DNA of 64,000 nucleotides from Felis catus (Eukaryota): the NCBI RefSeq assembly GCF_018350175.1, contig NC_058369.1, positions 11,906,001 through 11,970,000 on the forward strand. Direction: 5' to 3'. Each line of letters starts with the position of its first letter. Positions within the stretch are counted from its first letter, which is position 1. Made by a program: the position numbers and the translations under genes. Positions 35,521 through 46,879 of this stretch are shown piece after piece. Under the pieces are notes generated by a model, which searched no databases, was not told the origin of the DNA, and saw only the letters and a program-made list of their open reading frames with translations.

Positions 35521-36980
35521 TCTAGATCTCCTTGCGGGCACAGAGGTTGCCACCTGCCCCAGCTGTCAGCACCCAAAATAAATCCCTCCTTCTCTTCCAA
35601 ACAAACCCTCCTCTCTTGAATTATTGGAGGCAGGAGGGAGTGGGGTGGGGGGTGGAAGGAGGTGGGAGTGGGGGGTTGAAGGGGAGCGGGGGTGAGGGTG
35701 CGCTGTTGGCCTGGGCAGTGTCCTCCCATTCATTTCCTGACTTACAGACTATGATTGATCATTTGGTAACAGCGCCTGCCCTCTTTGACTGCAATGCAAA
35801 TATGTGCCTGTGCATTCTGTGAATGCCCTCAGAGAGACAGGGAATTACTCTAGAATAGGTAGAATAAGTGGGGGCTATTTCCTGGTTATTCTTCTAACAT
35901 CACAGCTTCATTATTTCGCTCAAAAAAATTCTCTAAAAATCAGAAATGTTAATTTTGTGTGTGTTCATGTTCATGTGTATCCATGCTTTAAAAAAGGCGG
36001 GGGGAGGGGGGATTCCCACATCCCCTTCTCTCACAAGGGGACACATAAAGATTTCTGAATTATCAGACACTATTGTTGGCCTTTAGATTCTTTGGAGAGT
36101 TCAGTTATCTCCCACAGTGCTTCCCACCTTCCTGGAATGGAGGCTTGGGCAAATGTATCTCCTGGCATAATTTCAGTCTCAAGGGCTCTAGCTCCCATGG
36201 CTATTAGTTTTCTCTCTCTCTGACAAAAGGAGATAAAAAGAAGCTTTCTGATGCAACACAGTCCCCCAGGGCCTCTATCCTCAGACAATTTTGTCAGTCA
36301 CCCCATAGACCAAGGCAAGATTAATTAATCAAAGGATTAATTTAATGCTGGATTCTGGAGAGGTTTTATCAAGAAAGCATCCCAGTATAAGAAGTGAAAT
36401 ATTTGTGAGGGCCTAGAGGGGGGTCTTTCAGACCCTGGCAAGTCGAAGTGAGAGCCTGGAACCCCATGCTTGAGGAGGCTTCTGGAGATTAGGCATGGTT
36501 AGAGAGGAGATATTGAGGGCAAGAAAGAGCCTCAGAAGTTTGTAGTTTTATATTCATTTTTATGATGGTGCAGAATTTGAGTGTATGCAGGCATTTGCAG
36601 GGACAGGGATTGTATTTGCCTCTTCATCTTCCCCGGCTCACAGGTGAGCATCTTACCATCTGTTTTATCTCAATCCGTCAGCACTGCCAAGAGCCTGAGA
36701 GTGCCAGACCCTGGGATGTGGGGGTGGGTGTCTATTTTAATGTCCACACATGAACTTTCATAGAAGCTGCCCTCTGTCTGATGGAGGGAGGGCTCAGCCA
36801 CGCTTCCTCATAAGTGGGAGATGGTGTGAAGGTTTTACTGGCAACAGGGAGTCCACTAACTCCAGGGCCTCTTCTCTCACTTTTCATTTCAGCAAAAGGC
36901 ATCAGGTCTGAAATGCAAACAGTAATGAGGAAAAGGTAAGAAGGAAGGAGTTTAAAAGTCAGCTCAAAAAACTGGTTGGA

Positions 36981-37083
36981 GAGGTGCCTGGCTGGCTCAG
37001 TAGGTAGAGCATGCAACTCTTGATCTCGGGGTTGTGAGTTCAAGCCCCACACTGGGTATAGAGCTTACTTAAAAAAAAAAAAG
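36981..37083 (+). mobile_element. Short tRNA-Lys-derived SINE / processed tRNA-like copy with A tail
   Basis: gcctggctggctcagtaggtagagcatgcaactcttgatctcggggttgtgagttcaagccccacactggg plus poly-A; degenerate TSD aaaaactggttgga / aaagactggctgga. Confidence 0.8.
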
Positions 37084-37967
37084 ACTGGCTGGAGTCGGAG
37101 AGGCTCTTGATCCTAAGATATGAGGGAGCTGGCTGACTTAGAACAAGGAGACAACACACCCAAAGCCAAGATTGGTTCCTGTCCCGTGCTTCCTGCTGCC
37201 TGGCTGGGGAAGGTGGCTTGAGTGGAAGGAAGCACCCTGTCCTGAAGGAAGAATGTGCACAAAGCCCAAGGCAAACAAACCATGATAGAGGGGCTCACAG
37301 TCCTGTTGGAGAAGCTGCTTACAGGAGCTTCCAAAAGCCAGCAATGGGAGAGCATGCTGCTCTGTGGACGTAGCATTAGCAAAGAGAACACTTGGAAATT
37401 CTGGAAGGGAAAGTGAGGTCAGGGAAACAGTGTTGAGGGTGAAGGAAGGAAGGGAGCCTTTACCAGGTAAGACATTGGGGAGATAATCATGTAGTCTTCA
37501 GAGGTAGAGGATCCAAGGTACCAGGGCAAATGGTACTGAGTTCACATCACGCTCCAGACCAATTGACACTTCTTGGAGGTAAACCAGAGTAGATCTGCAT
37601 GGTTTCTCAAGGTGAAGAGTAGGGGACTGTTGACCAATCTGCTGAAAGGACCACTGTGCCAAAGCCAGGTGAATGAGTGGGAGAGCTCCAGGGCAAGAGT
37701 ATCCAAGACCATGGACCCACAGCTGGTGAGGTCCTGGCTCCTGCCCCAGGCCACACAGGTAGATAATTGTCCAACAGAAGAGAAGAACATAGCATGACTG
37801 GAGCAGGGAAAGCCAAGGGTTTACCTAGAGAAGCAGGACCTGAACAATCTATTATTTTTTGTTAGAAAGTAGGATGTGAAGAAAAAACATAGGAACCCTG
37901 GAATCGCACCAGCTGTTGTTTAAAAGTTGATTCTACCACTTGTTTGCTGGGTGACCTTGGATTGGTG

Positions 37968-38602
37968 TATGAGTGTGTGGGGGTCACAAACTGGGTGGTC
38001 TAAAACAAGACATGTGTTCTCTCACAGTTCTGGAGACCAGATGTCCGAACTCAAGGTGTTGACAGGATTGATTCCTTCTGGGGGTTCTTTTTTTTTTTTT
38101 TAATTTTTTTAACGTTTATTTATCTTTGAGACAGAGAGAGACAGAGCATGAACAGGGGAGGGGCAGAGGGAGAGGGAGACACAGAATCCGAAACAGGCTC
38201 CAGGCTCTGAGCTGTCAGCCCAGAGCCCGACGCGGGGCTCGAACTCACGGACCACGATATCATGACCTGAGCCGAAGTCGGCCGCCCAACCGACCGAGCC
38301 ACCCAGGTGCCCCCCTTCTGGGGGTTCTGAGGGGGAATCTGTCCCATGGCTCTTTTCTAGATTCTGGCATCTCTGGCAACCTTTGACGTTCCTTGTCTTT
38401 TATCTGGGGCAGTCCAATCTCTGCTTCCATCTCCACATGTCCACCTTCCTTGTGCCCACTCTTAGAGGACACCCTGAATCCAGGATGATTTAGGCTCAAG
38501 ATGCTTAACAGTTACATCTGCAAAGACCCTCTTTCCAAATAGGGACACATTCCGAGGTTCCAAGGGGACATGAATTTGAGAGAAACATTATTCAACCTAA
38601 TA
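37968..38602 (-). mobile_element. MLT1-type LTR with an inserted young felid SINE (about 38090-38314, minus)
   Basis: cacaaactgggtggtctaaaacaa...cacagttctggag...acatctgcaaagaccctctttccaaat; SINE TSD ttctgggg(g)gttct. Confidence 0.85.
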
Positions 38603-38939
38603 TACTCAGCTATTGCCCTTCTTTGAATCCCTGCTCCTTCACCTATACAAGGCAGATGATAATACCTACCAGCAAGATTAAATTTTAAAAATGCCTGTAA
38701 CATACCTAAAATGATCTGGCCCAAAATGTCACTAGTGTCAATGTTGAGAAACCCTCAGCTGAAGCCCATCAGCCTTTCTCTGACCTTAGCAGGGTGTCTG
38801 ATGCATAGTAAATGCTTAAAAGGAATTAGCTTCCTTTTCTTCCCTTTGGTGTATGGGTTGAGGGGGAGATATGGGTGAAATGAGAAGAGCTAAGTACACT
38901 GTCCACTTGCAAATCCTTTGACAAGGTCCAGAGGGACTA

Positions 38940-39190
38940 TTTGGCTATGAATTTTCCCCAAGGAATAATGATTAAAAGAATAAACCCTTCTCTATACAGA
39001 GTCATGGAAACAGTGCAGTTCTCCAGGGATTTCAGTTGGGACTAGTCTTATTAATATTTCCTTTAAAATGTATCTGGAAATTCAACTTCACAGATTAATC
39101 TCTAGGCATGCATGGGACACGAAGCTCATCCCTGTTGGATGACCAAGACAATGGACTCAAGAGATCTCCCAGAGGCTCAGCTCCAGGTCA
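38940..39190 (+). promoter_or_regulatory. Candidate promoter / 5' UTR exon of the OR2Z gene
   Basis: TTCCCCAAGGAA abutting TAATGA (38954-38971), TCTCCAGGGA at 39020, TCTCCCAGAG at 39165, possible donor CCAG|gtcaga at 39186. Confidence 0.4.
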
Positions 39191-39213
39191 GAGAAGAGTT
39201 GTTGGATATCAGT

Positions 39214-39432
39214 TGAAGGGTTTCTCGACCTTGGCACCATTGAAATTTGGGACCAGACAATTCTTTGTGGTGGGGGCCATCCTGTGCCTTATAGGATATT
39301 CAGTAGCATCTCTAACCTCTACCCACTAGATCCATTAGCACTCTGTCATGGCTATCAGAAATATCTCCAGACATTGCCAATGTCCTCTGGACAGGAAAGA
39401 GGGCTAAATTACCTCTGGTTGAGAACCACTGA
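39214..39432. mobile_element. MER20-like hAT element
   Basis: gggtttctcgaccttggcaccattgaaatttgggacc...tctccagacattgccaatgtcctctgg...ggttgagaaccactg. Confidence 0.8.
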
Positions 39433-40358
39433 CTTAGGGTAAGGACAGGGAAATTGTCATTTCAAGAGAGCATGACTGAGAATAAACTTGATCAGTTTTT
39501 GCCATGCAACTGGACAAGAATTATAATGTTGAAGAACATCAACAAAAAGAGCTAATATGTATTGAACAGTACTACTATATCCCAGACATTGAGCTAAGCA
39601 CCAGGCATACATTACCCGACTATAGCTGAATTTTTTAAATGTTTACATTTCCTTTACGATATGAGTAATAGTTGTGAACTTAAATCAAGAAATTACCACA
39701 TGGTTGTCATTGTGCTGAGCTCTTTAATTCACTATCTCATTTGACACTCAGAGCTACTCTTACGAAGAGGTGTTATTTATCTCCATAGGCGGATGGGGAA
39801 ACTGACTCCCAGAAAGGTTAAATAACTTGTCCAAAGTCACAAAGCTGGGACACAGCTGAATTGGCATTTGAATCTTGCTCTAGCCCAGAGTATATTCTCT
39901 TAACTATATGCCAAACAATCCAAACACACTACATTTCTTCTCCAGCCTCATCATCTCCTATTATCTTTGGCAAAGTCTCCCTATTTGATATCTAATCTCT
40001 TTGGAATACAACCTCTGCTTTGGCTCCAGGACATCTGGGATGGGCATATTCCAATATGGCACTGGGATTGACTTGGACTCCTTAGCTTGGGGATAGAGAG
40101 TTTAACTGTAAGTACAGGTGGATAGGGTTTGCCTGGAGGGTAAAGGCAAGACTTCGCTATTCCCTACCTCCTGACCAAAGCAGATATAATGAATCAATTA
40201 TTTTTTTTCTTACTGACACTGTGCTCTTCATCCTTCTTGAGACTCCAGAGCAACTCTTACCAAACAATTCTATTTGGCATGCAAGACAAAGCTACTACCC
40301 ACTGAGACTCCTTCCAAATATCCCCTTCTTCCTGCAGATGGGTGATGCCTCCTGGAGG

Positions 40359-41303
40359 ATGGGGGAATCAAATCAGTCAGTGACCTCAGACTTCACTCTC
40401 ATGGGGCTCTTGAGCCACTCGGGGCCACATCTGGTCCTATTCTCCCTTGTGGCTGTCATATTCACTATGGGCCTTCTGGGAAACATCATCCTGCTCTTCC
40501 TGATCCACACAGACTCCAGGCTCCACACACCCATGTACTTCCTGCTCAGTCAACTCTCCTTATTGGATGTTGGCTTTCTACTGGTCACCATCCCCAAGAT
40601 GGCAGCCAACTTCCTGCAGGGAAAGGGTTCCATCTCCTTTGGGGGTTGTGCAGCTCAGATGTTCTTCCTGATGCTGATGGGTGTCTCTGAGGGTGTCCTG
40701 CTATCCCTCATGTCTTACGACCGCTATGTTGCTGTGTGCCACCCCCTGCATTATCCTGTACTCATGAGACGTCAGGTCTGCCTGCTCATGGTGGGCACCT
40801 CCTGGTTGTCAGGTGTGCTCGTGGCCTCCATCCAGACCTCCATCACCCTGCACTTCCCCTACTGTGCCTCACACACTGTGGATCACTTCTTCTGTGAGCT
40901 ACCGGCTCTGCTGAAGCTCTCTTGTGCAGACACCTCTGCTTATGAGTTGTCGCTGTCCATCTCAGGAGTGCTGATCTTGCTTCTTCCCCTGTCACTCATC
41001 ACCACCTCCTACAGCCATGTGTTGAGGGCCGTTCTCTGCATGCACTCAGCAGAGACCCGACACAAGGCCTTCACCACCTGTTCCTCTCACATCACTGTTG
41101 TAGGGTTCTTTTATGGGGCAGCCATGTTCATGTACATGGTTCCAGGCACCTACCACAGCCCACAGCAGGACAATGTGGTCTCCCTCTTCTATAGCCTTGT
41201 CACCCCCACACTCAACCCCCTCATCTATAGCCTGAGAAACAGAGAGGTTCAAATGGCTTTGGTCAAGGTTCTTGGCAGAACTGGCTTTATGTCAAAGAGA
41301 TGA
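40359..41303 (+). CDS. OR2Z1: Olfactory receptor OR2Z1-like, intact, 314 aa (in-frame ATG at 40338 would give 321 aa)
   Basis: MGESNQSVTSDF...LHTPMYFLLSQLS...MSYDRYVAVCHPLHY...ASIQTSITLHFPYCAS...YHSPQQDNVVSLFYSLVTPTLNPLIYSLRN closely matches recalled human OR2Z1; acceptor cctgcag ends at 40337; exact orthology among OR2Z paralogues not established. Confidence 0.9.
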   Translation: MGESNQSVTSDFTLMGLLSHSGPHLVLFSLVAVIFTMGLLGNIILLFLIHTDSRLHTPMYFLLSQLSLLDVGFLLVTIPKMAANFLQGKGSISFGGCAAQMFFLMLMGVSEGVLLSLMSYDRYVAVCHPLHYPVLMRRQVCLLMVGTSWLSGVLVASIQTSITLHFPYCASHTVDHFFCELPALLKLSCADTSAYELSLSISGVLILLLPLSLITTSYSHVLRAVLCMHSAETRHKAFTTCSSHITVVGFFYGAAMFMYMVPGTYHSPQQDNVVSLFYSLVTPTLNPLIYSLRNREVQMALVKVLGRTGFMSKR

Positions 41304-42531
41304 CCTCATGGAGGATTCTGGGTTGTTTCTGGGACCCTCCCTTACAGCTGAGGCCTATCCTTCATTTACAATTCATGTGGTGCAAGGTATACTATATCCA
41401 ACTCCCTTTCTCCTCCAAGAGTTGCTTTTTCTCTTGGGGATTTATAGAAAACAAAAACTGTGAACCCAATCGCTTAAATAAGAGAAGGAGTTGTTTGGTT
41501 GTTTTGGTTTTTTTTTTTTTCAGTGTTAAACAGAAGGAAATTTTACCGAAATAATGTTAACCCAACAGCTTATGGATATTTTGGTCACCTGTTATTGTTC
41601 TGGCTTACACCCTATTCTTATACATTTCTGCAGAGTGAGTGATGGGTCTGGGATCCCATCTCTGAGATCCAAGTAAGCCATGTTGGTTCTCAGTAGTATC
41701 TTTGTTTGAGTCATATTTTTAGGTTTCACTGAAATGGAAGACTGTCACTCACGATGACCCTGGTTGGACAGTCCAAGCATGTGTTATATTTACTATCTCA
41801 ATTATTATGAAGCAGTTGTAAGATGGTGAAGACCACTCTTATCTGAATGCCCAGGCCTTCTAAGATTGGATGCTGCCATTTTTAAACTTTTGTTGTCATC
41901 ACCATTGACTACAAGAGTTAAGATTACTCAATTAAGGATTTCCAGAAGAATGATACATCCCTACTCTTTGTCTTTGCAGAGATATTTACCTAATGCATCT
42001 TTGGGTTAAGAATCAGAGCTGTTATGCATACCAAGGCTGAGTTGACACGTTATCCTAAGCATTTTGAATGATGGGTGTCAATCTATGTGTGTGGAGGTAT
42101 TGTGTGTGTCGAGGAAAGGAGTTATTGAGTGAGGGCTTTTAAGTATTTGAACTATGTCATCAATCCCACATTTAAGCCCAAGTTCCATTTTCAGAGCTCT
42201 CTTGTACCAGTCAACATAGGTATCAGGGATGATACCTGTAGAATACTATACTATTTGTAGTACACAATATTGCAATATACTATCACAATTTGACTACAGT
42301 ATAGTATCAGAGTAGTATAGTATGGTATTAGAGATGACCTATACTGGAATTTATGTGGGTGATAAACTTTTATTTATAAAGTCAACAGGGTTTCTATTGT
42401 CACAGCATATACCCTCTGTCAACAACCCTCTGAGTCCATACTATTATTGTCTTATGTATAGATAAAGAAACTGAAACATGGGGAGTTTAAGTAACATACC
42501 CAAGATAACCCAGCTAGGAAGTTGCTAGGAT

Positions 42532-42725
42532 TCTTTTTTAAATTTACATCCAAGTTAGTTGGCATATAGTGCAATGATTTCAGGAGTAGTTTCCAGGGAT
42601 TCATCCCCTATGTATAACACCCAGTGCTCATCCCAACAAGTGCCTTGCTTAATGCCCCTGGCCCATTTAGCCCATCCCCCCACCAACAACCCTTCCAGCA
42701 ACCCTCAGTTTGTTCTCCATATTTA
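42532..42725 (-). mobile_element. Carnivore L1 3' end
   Basis: aagttagttggcatatagtg...aacacccagtgctcatcccaacaagtgcc; ctaggattct / ctgggattct flanks. Confidence 0.85.
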
Positions 42726-43184
42726 GGGATCTGGGATTCTAACCCAGGCTGCCCGAGTCTGTGTTCAACATATCACAGTGCTTCCAACTGGCAAATGGCT
42801 CCTGAAGACTAGAAAAGAAATTGTAAAAATCAAGGCAAGGAAATACAGCTTTCTGGTGAGAATTCTCTTGTCTCCTACTGGCCACAGTCATCCTTGGGCT
42901 GATCACTCTGAGGTCATAGGTGAAATGAAGGTCAGGAGACATGCATGGAAGTCCCTTATAATGGTTTTGCTGCTCTCAGGACTGGGCAGGTGAGTGGGGC
43001 AGAGAGGGCATGTTTTGTGCAGTTTTACAAACCAGCGAGAATAAGCTGGCCAGGATCTTGAGTCTTCTCTATTGTTCTTCTCTTTAATTTCTACCCCCGC
43101 TCTTCCCAGACCCAGTAAAGCTTCCCTGAAGTTACAAAAAACAGACTGGATGTGTGTATATTTCTCCCCAAATTTGAGATACTT

Positions 43185-43650
43185 TTATTTTTTTTTAATT
43201 TTTTTTTCAACATTTATTTATTTTTGGGACAGAGAGAGACAGAGCATGAACGGGGGAGGGGCAGAGAGAGAGGGAGACACAGAATCGGAAACAGGCTCCA
43301 GGCTCTGAGCCATCAGCCCAGAGCCTGACGCGGGGCTCGAACTCACGGACCGCGAGATCGTGACCTGGCTGAAGTCGGACGCTTAACCGACTGCGCCACC
43401 CAGGCGCCCCAAATTTGAGGTACTTTTAAAGAAATATTCCATTGTAGAGACGCTTGGGTGGCTCAGTCAGTTAAGTGTCTGACTTTGGCTCAGGTCATGA
43501 TCTCACAGTTCGTGAGTTCGAACCCCATGTCGGGCTTTGTGCTGACAGCTTGGAGCCTGGAGCCTGCTTCGGATTCTGTGTCTCCCTCTCTCTGTGCTCC
43601 TCCCCTGCTCGCACTCTGTCTCTCTCTCCCTCAAAAATAACCAAACACTA
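43185..43650. mobile_element. Head-to-head CAN-SINEs (43185-43410 -, young; about 43449-43650 +)
   Basis: TSD aaatttgag(a/g)tactttt around the first copy; gaaatatt(c/t)cattgta around the second. Confidence 0.9.
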
Positions 43651-44309
43651 AAACAATTTTAAGAAATATTTCATTGTACTCGATACAACAAAGGTAATAT
43701 AGAAAAGAGTAAGGTTCTGTGAGGCTGACTAGTTTTATTTCTTAGACTTTCATGAACATTAGCATGAGAGGCTTTAAGCAAGTTCAGTGGGGAAAATGAT
43801 GCCAGGCCTGGGTCGGGCTCTTCCTCTGCCTTCACCTACACCACTGACCTTGTCAGAAGAACTGAGTCTCTCACTTCCTCTCAATCTCATCACACCCAGC
43901 TGTTATCTCTAAGAGATGAGTGGCTTCATCATAAAGTACACACATTTTTTTTAATAGATATTGCCAAATTACTGTGCAAAGATTGCCACCCACACAGGAG
44001 ACTGGTCATTTCTCCAACTATGTCAACAACATTTTGAATGATAAAACTTCAAAATTTTGCCAATTTCTTGGAGGAAAATTCTATGTCTTCGTTGGTGTAC
44101 TTTCAATCTCCTTGATTTCTAGTGAGAGTGAGAATCTTTTCCTAAGTTTATTGGCCGTTCAAGTTTCCTTGGCTATGTATCTCTTATAAAAGTATGGAAA
44201 GCAAATTATGAAAATACTAATCATAAGAAAGGTGGAGTGTCTATATCAATATCAGGAAAAAAACAGACTTGAAAGCAAGGAGAATTACCAGAGATAAAGA
44301 AGGACATTT

Positions 44310-44852
44310 CAGGGGCACATGTACCCCAATGTTTATAGCAGCTCTTTCGACAATAGCCAAATTATGGAAATAGCCCACATGTCCATCAATGGATGAATGG
44401 ATAAAGAAGATGTGGTTTATATACACAATGGAGTACTACTCAGTGATGCAAAAGAACGAAATCCTGCCATTTCCAACAATGTGGATGGAACTGGAGGGTA
44501 TTGTGCTAAATGAAATAAGTCAGAGAAAGATATCATATGATTTCACTCATATGTGGACATTGAGAAACTTAATAGAAGAGCATGGGGGAAGGGAAAGAAA
44601 AAAACATGTACAGTTACAAAGAAGGAGACAAACCATAAGAGACTCTTAAATACAGAGGACAAACTGAGGGTTCTGGAGGGGAGGTGGGTGGGGGGTGGGC
44701 TAAATGGGTGATGGGCATTGAGGAGGACACTTGTTGGGATGAGCACTGGGTGTTATATGTAAGTGATGAATCATGGGAATCTACTCCTGAAGCCAAGAAC
44801 ACACCGTATACACTGTATGTTAGCTAACTTGACAATAAATTATATATTTAAA
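44310..44852 (+). mobile_element. 5'-truncated carnivore L1
   Basis: gggcacatgtaccccaatgtttatagcagc...ttgggatgagcactgggtgtt...aacttgacaataaatt. Confidence 0.9.
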
Positions 44853-45487
44853 ACAAGGACACATTATAATGAGAAAAGGGTCGATTCATCAAGAAGATAT
44901 AAATATAGATGTTGTGGAGGAATTCATTCCTCATCCCCATTCACGGTGAAACCCTCTTCCATGATGTGTAACCCAAACCAAGCGCTAGGGGACGCTAGTG
45001 TTTCAAAATCAGGCGGATCATTCCCAAGATTTTCCAGAGGCATATTGCACATAACTTAAGGGTCTAACGAGGCCTTTATTTCTCTCCTCAAGCTTCAAAC
45101 CTGGCATTGCCCACTGGCAGTCTGCAGCATCCCAGGAGCTTCTGAACCTAACAGGGACCTAGGAATGAAAACAAAATTTTAAAAAAAGGAGAAAAGCAGA
45201 GTTTTGCTCCAAAGCACAAAAGTAAAACCACAAAGTTGAAATCAACAAGTGTTTAAAGAAATGACTGTCAAGTGAAATGTTACATCAATTTCACTAATCG
45301 TTGGCTTCGGAATTTATAAAAGTGACAATACAGCACCCCCCCCACACACACACACACAAACCTGTACACAAATATTCACAGCAGCTATCATTTGTAATAG
45401 TGAAAAACTGGAAATGACCCAAATATCCTGCGACACGTGAATGCTTGAACAAACACCAGGAAACCCTACAATAGTATTCTACCCTCT

Positions 45488-45812
45488 GTATTAGTTATCT
45501 CGGGCTAACTGAACAAAGTACCACCGACTGGGTGGTTTAAACAACAAAAATGTATTTTCTCACAGCTCTGGAGGCCAGAGGTGTCTTCTTATGTCTTCAC
45601 ATCATCTTTTCTCTGTGTCTATCTTTGTGTCCAACTGTCCTCTTCTTATAAGGACATCAGTCATATGGGATTAAGGCCCACCCTCAGAGGTCATTTTAAA
45701 CTTACTAATCTCTGTAAAGACCTTATCTCCAAATGAAGTCATATTCTAAGGTACTAAGGATTAGTACACCAACATACGAATTTGGAGTGAGGAGCACAAT
45801 TCAGCCCATGAC
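45488..45812 (-). mobile_element. MLT1-type LTR inside old L1 sequence
   Basis: tgtattagttatctcgggc...ctgggtggtttaaacaac...aaggacatcagtcat...caattcagcccatgaca. Confidence 0.8.
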
Positions 45813-46384
45813 ATGCCCAGTAATTAAAAAAAAAAAAAAAAAAAAAAAAAGGAATAAAATGTCATGATACATACAACAACTTGGTCAGATTTCCAGGGCA
45901 TTACACTGAGTGCAAAAAGCCAATCACAAAAGATTACACATTGTGTGATTCCATTTCTATGGCACCCTCAAAATGACAATTTTATCCGCATCTGTGATTA
46001 AATTGCATACAACTATATAGATACATTGTACTAATGTGAATTCCTTGGTTTTGATTTTGTACTACATACTTATATACAATGTAACTGCCGGGTGAAACTG
46101 AGTGGAAGGTTTGCAGAATTCTATGTACTATTTTTGAAACTTCTCGTGCATCAATAACTATTTCAAGTTTAAAAAAACAAAAAAAAATTACTTTGGTAAT
46201 AAAGACTCATTCTTGGGTTTAAAAAATCCAGTGGAAGTCATTTATATTTTTGTTTTTTAACTTAATGGGAAAGTCCACTGATGCTCAAAGTATCCAGCTA
46301 AGGGTTAAATAAGCAATATACTCATGGTAACAAAATGATTTCAAGAGAGAAATACCCTTTTTCCTCAAGAGATCATTTCCTCCT

Positions 46385-46572
46385 CTTCTTTTTTCTTAAA
46401 GTTTATTTATTTATTTTGAGAGACAGAGAGAGAGGGGAGAAAGAATCCCAAATAGGCTCTATGCTGTCAGCACAGAGCCCGACGTGGGGCTCAATCTCAC
46501 AAACTGTGAGATCATGACCTGAGCTGAGATCAAGAGTCAGACGCTTAACCAACTGAGGCACTCAGGCACCCC
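46385..46572 (-). mobile_element. CAN-SINE
   Basis: gagatcatgacctgagctgagatcaagagtcagacgcttaacc. Confidence 0.9.
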
Positions 46573-46879
46573 TCCTCTTTTTCACAGAGAAAAATACACA
46601 TATTTTCACAGGTAAATATATTTTTAATGTATATTGTTCTTAATTTGTCTTATAGAAGGGTTGCATACTTGGTAAAGTGCATGAATGGCTTGAGTTATCC
46701 AGATTTCCCTAAACCACCCTCCATGTAACAGACAAGTGACTTAAAGAACGCTCCTTGAAAATAATCTGCAGAAAAAAATTAATTTTAACAATGCAAGCAC
46801 AATACCTGTGAAAGTGACTGAGGCTAGGACCCTTCACTGGGTAAAATGTGAGAGGAAAATACCATAATCAGTGACATTG

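Noticed and set aside
36986..37058. tRNA-Lys(CTT)-like gene
   Set aside because: Multiple mismatches to the tRNA, extra 5' leader, poly-A tail and TSD indicate a retroposed SINE-type copy
40221..40337. N-terminal extension of the OR2Z ORF
   Set aside because: GTG start in the intron; pyrimidine tract and cag acceptor end at 40337
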